NCBI GenBank assembly: GCA_032718475.1
Contig: JAUCBJ010007669.1
Coordinates: 1 to 40,372 of the forward strand
From: Nemertoderma westbladi
Lineage: Eukaryota > Animalia > Xenacoelomorpha
Direction: 5' to 3'
Length of the DNA stretch: 40,372 nucleotides
In this document: positions 13,301 through 23,538 of the stretch, piece after piece
How positions within the stretch are numbered: the first letter of the stretch is position 1
Layout: each line of letters opens with the position of its first letter
Notes under the pieces: model-generated
What the model was told of the DNA's origin: nothing
Database searches by the model: none
Seen by the model: the letters and a program-made list of their open reading frames with translations, nothing else
Program-made: the position numbers and the translations under genes

Positions 13301-14912
13301 TACATGAGAAAAGACGATTGCATGGTGGTCGATTATCGATGAGAACCGTCCTCGTTCTGATGGTGTAAGTATGTTGTCGGGATCGAGTTGGATATCAGAG
13401 GTCGCGGGTGGTTGATTAGGGGTGATGGAGCCGGAACCAGTGTGTGGAGTTATAGGAGCGATGATGAGCTCCGACTCAGAGGGTTCACGAACAGGTGTAA
13501 TGCAGGCAATGTGAGAATGGCGTGGGACCATAATTGGATCTGGTGACTGGTTATAGAGGTCGAACTATAGAGGCGGAACTTAAAGTGCAGTTTGCCACGG
13601 GCAAGGTCGAAGTGGGTTTCTCCGCAGACATGTAGAGTGGATGATCCATCAGCGAGAGATGGTAGTTGTGATGTGTGCGAGTGATTCACGGATCAAGTCA
13701 GCTTCAGCTCCGCAATTGAGAAGGATAACTAACAGTCAGGACCAGTAGTTGGCATGGAGGATGAGTGAATGGATGACTGATACGCGGCGTGAAGAAGGAT
13801 GGGTATAGTCATCATTGGTAACTTCCTCGGAATCATTGATGATGATGATATTGGCGAAACCATTACTGACTTCAGCTTCATCCTGAATGTCAACAATGTT
13901 GGTGCGGACTAGGAAGCGGCGGTCCTGTTCCAGAAGGAACTGGCATGTGCTCAAAAAGTGGCCACCTCGGTACGCTTAGCCTGTGAGCACAGTGGGCAAA
14001 CTTTAATTGGGCGAGGAGTGGATCGACTCGGGGTTGGCCGGTTAACAGGGCGGCGTGGCGGGTACCTCGAGGTTGTAGTACGGAAAGTGCGCACATCAGA
14101 GGCAGTGTTCAACTCCTCCATAAGGGATGGGAGAGGGCCTGGCTGATTTCCGGTTTAATGGTTGCCAGAGTACGGTTCCGGAGTTCGGTTCCGTACTGCT
14201 GCTGAACCAAGCGGGGAAGGTCTGGGTGGAGGAGACGCAGCCAGGTTAATGTGAGGAGATTCTCCAAGGAGGGCGACATTTCTTCGTCGTGGGCAATGGC
14301 TGCACCCATGTGTTGAATACCACAATCGCATGTGAGCAGGTTGTCATCTACGAAGGCTGCGAGGCGTTGGTATAAGTCCTCTGGGCGTTCTTCGTGTTCT
14401 TGGGATATGGTGGCAAAGTCGAGGAAGTGGGACCCGGATGACTGGAAGCCAAAGTGGGCGCAAAGGGCTTGCCACACAAATTGTAAGGAGGTGGCGGAAC
14501 GGACAATAGCCGCACAAGAAATTACTGGTGCGTAGTTGGCTATTTGCCCAAGCATAAGCTCCAAGGCTGCGACCTGCTGGACTGCGGTACGACGGCGAGC
14601 GGCGGGTACGTCGCCTGGGTCGTCTATGAGACCACGTGTAGGCGCTGCTCGGGAGGCTGGTTGGTAGCCATTGGAGAGTTGTTGTTGAAAAACGTGCAAA
14701 TTCGGGATCTAAGGCTAGGCTGTATCGAAGAGTCTGTCGCCAGGCCTCAAATGAAGTCAGGGTCTCTAACTTAGTTAATGGTTGGAGGCGCGGCGTTTTG
14801 AAGGTAGCCAGCATAAGTAGGCTAGGTGTACTTCTGTTGTGGGCCTAGGTGCTGGATAGGTTTATAAACTCATGTGAATGGGGTGTGGGAATAATCACAA
14901 ATGCTGCCACCA
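10397..14912 (-). mobile_element. Decayed Gypsy-superfamily retrotransposon internal region (gag, protease, RT, RNase H, integrase) with many frameshifts
   Basis: Gag [19 protein letters not shown] (from 14814); degenerate protease LNCGAE near 13710; RT DLTSAFYQIP, AMGMPGS, KIADD; RNase H VTDAAS, CEIEALAIA; integrase LHLELQHP, VDPGSGF, AEHGIRELE. Candidate PBS TGGTGGCAGC at 14903-14912 resembles a tRNA-Leu 3' complement. Confidence 0.9.
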
Positions 14913-15106
14913 CGCCAAAGTGGTGAGAAGTAGGGTGTATGGTGTAGATACAGGTAAACACCTCTAGTAATATCCAGCGGGTATCGATATAATATAATAC
15001 AGCAATAAGCAGTATATAGTAATATGCACGAACAGGGGCAATACAATCAGGCCGTACAATAGGTAGGGTAAGGCAAGGCTAACCAGGCAGGTTAAAGCAG
15101 CTACCG

Positions 15107-15186
15107 GTCAGCCGGTAGGTGTCAGCCGGTAGGTGTCAGCCGGTAGGTGTCAGCCGGTAGGTGTCAGCCGGTAGGTGTCAGCCGGT
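15107..15186 (+). repeat. 14-bp minisatellite (GTCAGCCGGTAGGT), about 5.7 copies
   Basis: Perfect tandem copies read directly from the sequence. Confidence 0.95.
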
Positions 15187-15231
15187 TATAGTAAGACTGT
15201 AAGGCCTGGTCAAGCGCTACCCCCCAGAGCA

Positions 15232-15876
15232 GGTACATACTAAAAGGTAGAACGATCTATAACGGGCTATAACGATCTTTATAACGGGCAATAATAACGG
15301 GCTATAATTTCCTATAAACAGGCTATAACCACCTATAATGTGAAAATTATATATACCTATAATGAAAATTTACATTAAAAAAACGCCCCTTGGGTGTGTT
15401 TAACTTTTGGATTAACACGGTGGTCTGAAAAATCCCGCAGGTTAAAAATTAGGGTAGGCCTATCTGCGCCTAATTGATACTGGTAAGTTTTTTTTATTGG
15501 CCTATATTGCTCACATTCCTGTATTCTATATCGACCAGAAGCTGACAGCGGATATACTGTAGCAGGATGGAGGATAGACAGAGAGATGAGAGACCTCTCC
15601 TCTGCTGCACTGTCTGAAAGTCAGATAATGCAGTAGTGGCATGCTAACTAATGCAGTAATGACTGATTTCGTGATACCACAAAGATGAAAAGCATTATGG
15701 ACTAAAAAACCAAATTGCGTAATTAAATTACTGACTAGGATAATAAATCCATTCTAAAATAGGTTTTTTTATTGTTTTATTGTAAATTTTCAGATTATAG
15801 CTCGTTATAGGTGGTTATAGCTTGTTATGGGGAAGTTATAGCCCGTTATAGATCGTTCTACCTTTTAGTACGTACC
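15232..15876. mobile_element. Non-autonomous Mutator-like element (MITE), 645 bp
   Basis: TIRs of about 42 bp or more (ggtac[a/g]tactaaaaggtagaacgatctataacgggctataac); 9-bp TSD cccagagca at 15223-15231 and 15877-15885. Confidence 0.92.
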
Positions 15877-16020
15877 CCCAGAGCAGCCTGTGATCCGACT
15901 GACTGAATGATCGGCTACCGGTAGGTGTGATACAGTCTGGTTTGGTTGGTCACTGCTAAGGGGAACTCTCGTTAGGTCCCAGTCTCGGGGCTGTGGGAAA
16001 CACAACTCTAGACCCAAGGT

Positions 16021-16160
16021 CTGGCGCAATGCATTGCATAGTAGGCGGCGTGTATTGCAGTCTAGTGCACCCGAAAATCGCCACATGAATTTTAACCGTG
16101 AATTGCCCTTCTTTATTATTGTCGCAACCATTGATTCTCGGATTAGAATTTTATCCAGTA
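16021..16160 (-). mobile_element. Short CR1/L2-group LINE RT C-terminal fragment
   Basis: IIKKGNSRLKFMWRFSGALDCNTRRLLCNAL resembles the post-YADD region (KANxRLxFLxR...LxxAL) of CR1-group ORF2. Confidence 0.6.
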
Positions 16161-16236
16161 CCGAGGTAGTTGGGGGAATTGCCCCATAAGCCCTTACACT
16201 TACCCAGTAGCCCTGATTATAAAGTTCGAATCCGAC

Positions 16237-16279
16237 ACCACGCTGATGAGACCCAGTAAGGTCGAAACGCGTATGTGGT
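16237..16279 (+). ncRNA. Minimal type I hammerhead ribozyme
   Basis: ACCACG-CTGATGA-GACC(cagtaa)GGTC-GAAA-CGCG-TA-TGTGGT: intact core, 6-bp stem I, 4-bp stem II, palindromic ACGCGT stem III, GUA cleavage triplet. Confidence 0.88.
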
Positions 16280-16581
16280 TTGGAGAGATATATGAGATAT
16301 AAAAAATTACACGAATCCTAAATTTGCACACTACCGGGTTTAAAAGTTATTTTCGGTAAAATATACTTACATTCGAGGTTAAGACCCCTAGATCAGTTCC
16401 TATAATATTGTAATACACGCCGATGTGAAGAATACATGGTTTTCACATTTCGAAATCTTCGAAAGAAATTTAAATATGAAGAATTTGTTATTTTTTTTAA
16501 TTTCTCCTTATTAAGTGTTTTATAGCGCTTATGTCTGTCTTATAACCTGTACATATACTAATTCGTTTATTGTTTTGGTTA

Positions 16582-16663
16582 GTTTCAGCCCTTCTGTAAC
16601 CTGGGTTTTTAGTGACAAACTTGTTTCAGCCCTTCTGTAACCTGGGTTTTTAGTGACAAACTT
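16582..16663 (+). repeat. Perfect 41-bp tandem duplication
   Basis: gtttcagcccttctgtaacctgggtttttagtgacaaactt at 16582-16622 and 16623-16663. Confidence 0.93.
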
Positions 16664-16791
16664 GCTAAATGGAAAGTGAAATATAACATCAAAAAGACTT
16701 AAAATCGAATTAGTTTGTGTTATAAAGGACTAAGTCGCAATTCTAAATGAAATATGCATATTTTATAATTTATATACATATATACATATTT

Positions 16792-16835
16792 TATCATATG
16801 GCCATTTCGTGTATTAAAACACGTCTTCAGTGATA
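16792..16835 (-). ncRNA. Minimal type I hammerhead ribozyme (minus strand)
   Basis: Minus strand reads TATCA-CTGAAGA-C-GTGT(tttaat)ACAC-GAAA-TGGCCA-TA-TGATA: 5-bp stem I, one extra nucleotide before stem II, palindromic ATGGCCAT stem III, AUA cleavage triplet. Confidence 0.8.
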
Positions 16836-17382
16836 TAAATATAGGCCTACATCTATGATATACAGTAATACAGTACTATATATAATTCACTTCAAATTCA
16901 AACGGAAAGTCTGGTGTACTTTTAACTTCTCTTGGATCTTAAAGTTTAGTATATCGTTCTTGTATAATTTAACCACATCAGATGCCCTATTTATTGTACA
17001 GAAAGTGCAACAGGCTTTATTTTCCCCTTTACTGAGCGAGCTTAGAGTTATGTAGTGAGCGGCGAAAAGGATGATGAAACATTTTGTTCACTGTACCGTG
17101 TTGTAAATACTGTACAGGACAGGTTAAAATGAAATGGGTTAAAATATATACAGGGGCATATATTTGTTGAGCAATAGCATTATAAATAAATTTATGATTC
17201 ATCTTTTCTGAACATATAAAAAAGCAACTAAGGTACCTACAGTAAGCAATTAAATACAGTAGTAGGCATATTTGAAGATTCCATTAGGCGAAGTTCAGTA
17301 TCGATAGTATTCATACTGTAGCAACGATTATTGATTAATGTCACATTATTTGATATCGTAATATTACTGTTTGATGTCAAAC

Positions 17383-18073
17383 TCATATGATATTTGCTAC
17401 AGCAATAGAGATCACCATTATAATGACACAACCGTTCATCGTGGTCCCTGCACTAGGTGCGGTAGTTGTTTTTGATGACTCAGTGGTTTTTGAAGACTCA
17501 GTGGTTGACGACACCTCCTCCCCCTCCTTAGGTACCTCAGCTACCTTTTCGTCCCCTTTCGTCTTGGATTCATCTTTATCTGTTTTCTCATCACCAGTTT
17601 TTGTATCACCTGTTCATTCCAAATGAAAATATAGTGTTCATATAAGAAAGACCATTTTAGCGTTATAACTACATAATTTGTAAAGAGAGCAAATAGGACA
17701 GAAAAATTGTTACCTATTCCATAAAATTATGTGTAGAAGTTGTTTTATATTTGTAGTTATTATAAAATTGTGAATTTAATTTATTAAGACTACTATAATT
17801 GTAGGCCTATGCTTATTATAACTTTTTGTTGGGTACAGCTTTTGCAAAGTCGGCAATGACGTCCAGGTGGGATCGAACTGGTGACCTCCTTTGCAAAAGC
17901 TGTGCCCAACAAAAAGCTATAATGATGTGAAACCACTCATCCACCCATAACATCAATAATATATTATAACCTTTTGCTGCACTGTCAATTTCAGCATCAT
18001 CTGCTTTTGGAGTATCCGCGCAGAATACTTGGTAAACCCCAAACAAAATCACGATAAGTAAACAAATTTTCAT
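17383..18073 (-). CDS. Two-exon gene for a 109-aa secreted, probably GPI-anchored low-complexity protein (exon 1 18073-17971, exon 2 17609-17383)
   Basis: Signal peptide MKICLLIVILFGVYQVFC. A GT-AG intron (17970-17610, phase 1) joins in frame to GDTKTGDEKTDKDESK...SSTTESSKTTESSKTTTAPSAGTTMNGCVIIMVISIAVANII*, which ends in small residues followed by a hydrophobic tail. Confidence 0.82.
17815..17923. repeat. Intronic inverted repeat enclosing a tRNA T-arm-like fragment
   Basis: 28-bp arms at 17822-17849 and 17889-17916 with one mismatch, extendable by about 7 bp. The minus-strand spacer contains GTTCGATCCC. Confidence 0.85.
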
Positions 18074-18655
18074 TTTTATTTTTTTAATATACAGTAAAAA
18101 ATTGTTCTGCAAATCTTTTCACTGACGTAAACAATAATGTAGTGATAATATAGTCAATAACTGTAGTGACTAATGTGTATCAAATGCGTTAGCCTCTATG
18201 GGCTTATGTTTGCAATATTTATTGTCATTCAATATTTAATTAAAGATGGCACCTGTTGTCTAACTTTTTCCATCTATGAGTTGGATTATATTCCTGGGAA
18301 TAAGAATCCAGACATCAACATTAGAGTGCGGTACCGGTAATTATGCAGCAACCACCTGTTAACATTGTATCTAGAATATGCAGTACAGTAGGCCTACATG
18401 ACGTATTGCAGTACCTCATGACTCGTAATATAGGGCGTGATGCAAATATAATGCAATACTGCCACCATATACAGTCCCAATCCCAATAAACATTAACTTG
18501 GTCATTTTGGCGGCCAAAACGACCAAAATGGCCAAATATAAATTGCGGCATTCATGAAAGGAACTTCTGAGGCAAGTTGGCTTGTCAATCACAGCCAGTG
18601 AATAGAGGCTGAGTGTAAGTAAAGCCCAGGATGTTGGCAGATAGAAAAAGGCTTC

Positions 18656-19243
18656 GATTTCGGACATTCCCTCCCCAACCCCCCCCCCCCCCCCCCCCGG
18701 GACAGTTGCGTTCGAGGAGGACACTACTGTTTTATATTTCGCACGTTTATTTTTCATTTTGTAAGGTAAACGGACCGCTTGTATCTAGACAAGTTGTACA
18801 GTATCCAATTTCCCTTTCTTAGCTCAGAAATTTATATTTTGCATCCCGATTTTACATTTTATATCCACGTTTTATTTATGGATTTCATCAATTCAATTAC
18901 ACTGTATTGTTTGCTAATCTTTAAACAATTAATTAGATGACCTATATATTCCATCCCCCGAATGATATACTGTTTTGTTTACTAGAGTTATAATAATTAT
19001 GTAATAGTTTTAATAATGAGTATTATTATCTAATTGTTTTCTTCAAATTGAAGCAGATGGGGTTGACTATTATTGATGCAATCAAAATTTATACCTCTCC
19101 AGGGGAAAATCGACATGCGTCGACCTGTATTCTATGTTCAGCATTACACATTGATAAACTAATTAAATTTCCTGGTTACTTGCAAATATTTTAAATAGGA
19201 TTTTGTTGAATTATATAATATTATAGTAATTGTTATATTAATT
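18656..19243 (-). mobile_element. Truncated, inverted second copy of the Mutator-like family at 20101-22319
   Basis: Its reverse complement aligns with 20618-20699 and then 21771-22250 of the full copy, without the Helitron insertion. Confidence 0.85.
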
Positions 19244-20100
19244 TGGGAGAGAGGGGTGGAAACTGGACGCAAATCCAACCTTGGCAAATCAATGTTAAAT
19301 TCTCAATTCAGGGAAAGGAGCAGGTTACAATGGCACGTTATTTTAACCAAAACAATAAACTAAGCACAATAGAATAGGTTACAGTTTTATTTGTTAGAAT
19401 TATCAGCTGTTATTTAGGTAAAGCTCTATTGTAGGCTGTGGCTCTGTTTAAGCTTAGCTGAGCCAAGACGACAGACATTAGGATGGGAACACGAACACAC
19501 CATATTATCCTTCCCCTATTCATTTCAATGGTAGCCAGCTTGTCTTTCCCGCACTGGGGGTAGACCATTGCCATTGGTTAGCTGTATGCTATTGTAATAC
19601 AAAGAGAGCGGCAGAATAAAGAGAAATATGCCGACCTCACTAATAATGGGCTGGTCCCACAGGTCGCTTTAAGGTAGGTGGTACAGTTTCAAGGGCGCGA
19701 GTCCCTAGTCGCTCGCCCATAGTCTGTCATGGAGTTCCTGTATTAGTTTCAGACACTTTCACTCAGTATCCTAGTGTCCAGGAAGTTGGGAGTTGAGTGT
19801 GGGTGGGTGGATTGGTGGCCCCCACGCAACACCGCAGTGTCGGGTGACTACAAAACAAAGATCAACGACCCAAATAATAAGGACCTGTACAAATACAAAA
19901 CACATGTGTTAACTTTCGTTTATTGTTTTGGTTCCCCAACACGCCTCTGTAACCTGCTTCTTTACTAACCTGCTCCTTTAAATGGCAATGTGACCTCACG
20001 CTCTCTGGCAATGGGACCTAAAGCTCTTTGGAACCTAACGCTCTTTGGGACGTAACGCGACTTTACCTCTTTGTTTTGTACAGGTCACAATGTACCATTG

Positions 20101-22319
20101 GGATCTAGGACACTTCCCCCACGGACACTTGCCCCCCGGACACTTCCCCCTCCAGTTAAAGTGTTAAAATTAATCTGGGCGCATCAAAGCAATAAACAAA
20201 AGTTAAAGATGGTTACAGGACAAATTGTATCTAGACTAGTTTTTTCAAAATTATAAAAGAAACATTTTTATAGTCAAATTTTGTTTGTTTTTCTTTTAAT
20301 TCCTTTAATTCTTTTAATTTCTTTTAATTGGGGGCTGCCGCCCCCAAACCCCCGCTTCTTTTGTTGGGGGCTGCCTTCCCCAAACCCCCGCTTCTTTTGT
20401 TGGGGCTACCGCCCCCAAACCCCCGCTTCTATTCTTGGGGGCTGCCGCCCCCAAACCCCAGCTTCTTTTCTTGGGGGTTATCGCCCCCAAACCCCGGCAT
20501 TTCACTGAGTGCCCGTGGTGAAAGACTTAAGACCACTTTGAAATAATTAATTCATGTTTGTATCATCAGATAATAAATTGACTAAGCCTAAAGTAGGAGC
20601 TGTATTGAATGTTAACCAATTTAATATATAAATTACTACAATATTATATAATTCAACAAAATCCTATTAAAAATATTGCAAGTAACCAGGAAATTTAATA
20701 TGTAGTGTGTATAATTAGGAGCCCGCTTGGCTTAGGAGCCCGCTTGACAGCGGGATACTTTCTGTAAAAATCTCAGGATACATTACACTGACTGACTGAC
20801 TGACATACTGACTGATAATTATCTAGGTTAAGGCACTTCCTGCCTGGCGATTTTGATGAAATTTTGCAAGTACATTGCTTTGGTGGTTCATAATCGCGTT
20901 ACAAAATTTCAGATCGATTCTATGTGTGGTATTCGATATATTTAGTTTTTTGACATTGTTTTGTCGCGAAATTAAAAGCAATGGTAAAATAACAGCTGGT
21001 GTTCATGATGAAATATGGCTTAATATGTTATACACAGTCATAGAAAAACGTGTTGGTTGCCAAGTTTTACTAGTAGGCTATAAGGAAAGGCAATGTTTAC
21101 TCACACATAAGCTGTTGGTTTCTAATGTATTACCCCATAAGCTGATTGCTCTCCCAGTGCTTCCTAAGGGTATATCTACAATAAGGTTACTCACTCTGCT
21201 ATGTTAGGGGGTGGATCAGGAGAATGAATTTTAGTTACACAAAGCAGTGTGTTGTGTCCTATTGCAGTCGATACTCACTGTGGATTGCAAAATGTTTTAT
21301 AGTTGACCTACACTATAATACAGTAGTTGCATATATTTAAGGAGCCCGCTCAGGCCTACCGCCTAAGGAGTACCTATATTACATCTTCACATAGAATTCA
21401 CTGGGAAGAGATATTCCGCTTGACGACGGGGTAATACCTATAGAAGGAAACTAAATTTGTTATTTGGCTCTATTCGTTGTTATTTATCTGGTTGTGCATC
21501 ATGGGCATTTTTTATAAATATTCGGTAATCGCATCTTATATCTTGTAAACGTTCTTGATAATGAAATTATTTGCTTCATATTATATTTTTGTTAGTGGTA
21601 GCTAAGTTGCATTTTTTATTATGTGGGGCGAGCCACAAAGTCAGCTAGCCTCACGCCTTGCAGTTTAGACAATTTTAGTTTACTTACTGCTGACTGACAT
21701 AGTTCTTTGTAATAGTCTTGGCTAGGATTTTTCCCCCGGGCTCCTTCCAGCCAGCTTGCTGGCTTTCTAGTATATATATCAATATGTAATGCTGAACACA
21801 GAATACAGGTCGACGCATGTCGATTTTACCATGGAGAGGTATAATTTTGATTGCAACAATAATATTCATCCCCAGCATCTGCTACAATTTGAAGAAGACT
21901 ATTACATAATAATACCTATAATTAAAACAATTAATTATTATAATTCTATAGTTAATAAAAACAGTATATCATTCCGGGGATGGAATTTATAGGTCATCTA
22001 ATATAATTAATTGTTTAAAGATTAGCAAACAATACGATGTAATTGCATTGATAAAACCCATAAATAAAACTTGGATATAAAATGTAAAATCGGGATGCAA
22101 AAGATCACTTTCTGAGCTACGAAAGGAAAATTGGATACAACTTATCTGGATACAAGCGGTCCGTTTACCTTACAAAATGAAAAATACGAATGTGCGAAGT
22201 TAAGAACAGTCGGGGGGGAAGTGTCCGTGGGGGGGGGGGGGGGGGAGTGTCTGGGGGGGAAGTGTCCGGGGGGGAACTGTCCGGGGGGGAAGTGTCCGGG
22301 GGGGAAGTGTCCGAACACC
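20101..22319 (+). mobile_element. Non-autonomous Mutator/foldback-type DNA transposon with tandem subterminal repeats
   Basis: GG...CC termini with inverted arrays of ggacacttccccccc; 9-bp TSD gtaccattg at 20092-20100 and 22320-22328; five internal ~36-bp ggggctgccgcccccaaacccccgc repeats at about 20327-20497. Confidence 0.9.
20701..21770 (+). mobile_element. Non-autonomous Helitron-like insertion
   Basis: Absent from the paralogous copy at 18656-19243. It lies between A (20700) and T (21771) with no TSD, ends in a GCCAGC-tt-GCTGGC hairpin plus TTTCTAG, and has (CTGA)n near the 5' end. The 5' end is TG rather than canonical TC. Confidence 0.75.
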
Positions 22320-23361
22320 GTACCATTGCTATTTAAAGGCGCAGGTTAGTAAAGGTGCAAGTTACAGAGGCGTGACAGGGGATTCAAAACAATTATTAAC
22401 GAAAGTTAACACATGAGTAGTAGGAGAAGAAGTGTCCCCACCATAGTCCTCCCTCTCTTGGGCTATGGGCATTCCATTCGGAGGCCTTTAAAAAATGCCA
22501 AATTCCGGTGCTAAATTGCGGTGCGCGCCATATGTCACCATCGGCAGTTGCCATCAACCAATTGTAGCGTAGCCTAACCTCGCGATGCCCGCCTTACTCG
22601 ACTACTGACTAACTAACCCTAATGTTATTCACCTTTTCGCCATGTTACCACCACCACCGCCATGCTACCACCACTGTATACTGTATATGGTGACGACAAC
22701 GACGACGTGGCCATCTACACGCATCACTCATATACCCTCCCTCGATATTATATATTATATTATATCGATTGCCAACTCCTCGACTGCTGTCGCCAAACCA
22801 ACAAACCAACCAACCAGCCAGTATGATACATGAAATTCCGCCACGCATCAACTACACGTTCTCACATTTCCATAGTAGTTACTCATCCTAACCGATCCCT
22901 CAGCATCTGTGCCATATTGAAAGGCTACTACTAACATTATACTGTGCGTTTTTATTATAATTATTGATTAGTATTACACACAACCCTATGTTTCATATTA
23001 TTTCACGTATTTCCTATCCACGCAACCATTCATCCACATTGCAACCCATCTCTTTTCTTATTCGTCGATGATTATGCCACATCCCATCTCTTCTACGTTG
23101 ATCATGCCACATCCACATCACGTATTCAGAAACTTATATATAACTGAATGTTTTTGTTAAAATTCATCACTTGTAATCTTCATGGTAATATATTGATACC
23201 ATATCTAATTTTTTGTTCTCACTCTGAAATTGTGTTATTTCCTTAATAATTTCTTCATTATCTTACTCGTTGTATATTCATTGGTCGGAAACACTCGAAT
23301 AAATGATACTGATTCCCACATTGGGTTTCTAAACGTAATTATGTAACTCAAAGGAAATCTC

Positions 23362-23443
23362 GTTTGGATGTGAGGGAGAATTTTTAGTATCGATGAATGA
23401 ATATTTATTCATCGATACTATAAATTCTTCCTTACATCCAAAC
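23362..23443. repeat. 82-bp near-perfect palindrome upstream of the PC4-like ORF
   Basis: gtttggatgtgagggagaatttttagtatcgatgaatgaat / atttattcatcgatactataaattcttccttacatccaaac, with four deviations. Confidence 0.92.
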
Positions 23444-23538
23444 ACAATTTTAGAGTGAGAACTATGGTGTCAATTTATTACAGCGATACGGTTAAAAATT
23501 TATCACTTGTAATATTTTTCGTATTTATTATTATTATT

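Larger units (their letters stand above)
19883..22415. repeat. Old inverted-repeat (foldback-like) structure interrupted by later insertions
   Basis: 19903-19994 is the diverged reverse complement of 22320-22415. The centre has about three 17-bp repeats (gggacctaacgctcttt, 20013-20058). Confidence 0.75.

Noticed and set aside
15107-15186. Regular short repeats as a CRISPR array (also 20327-20497)
   Set aside because: No unique spacers, no cas genes, and a eukaryotic context; these are tandem repeats.
16876-17080. Minus-strand frame FIILFAAHYI...KIQEKLKVH resembling an L1/Tx1 ORF2 C-terminus
   Set aside because: Similarity is too weak to call by eye.
19660-19870. Possible decayed tRNA-derived SINE
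   Set aside because: No clear A or B box, tail or TSD.
20281-22349. Short ORFs such as 20281-20508, 20328-20546 and 22131-22349
   Set aside because: They are translations of tandem repeats inside a non-autonomous transposon.
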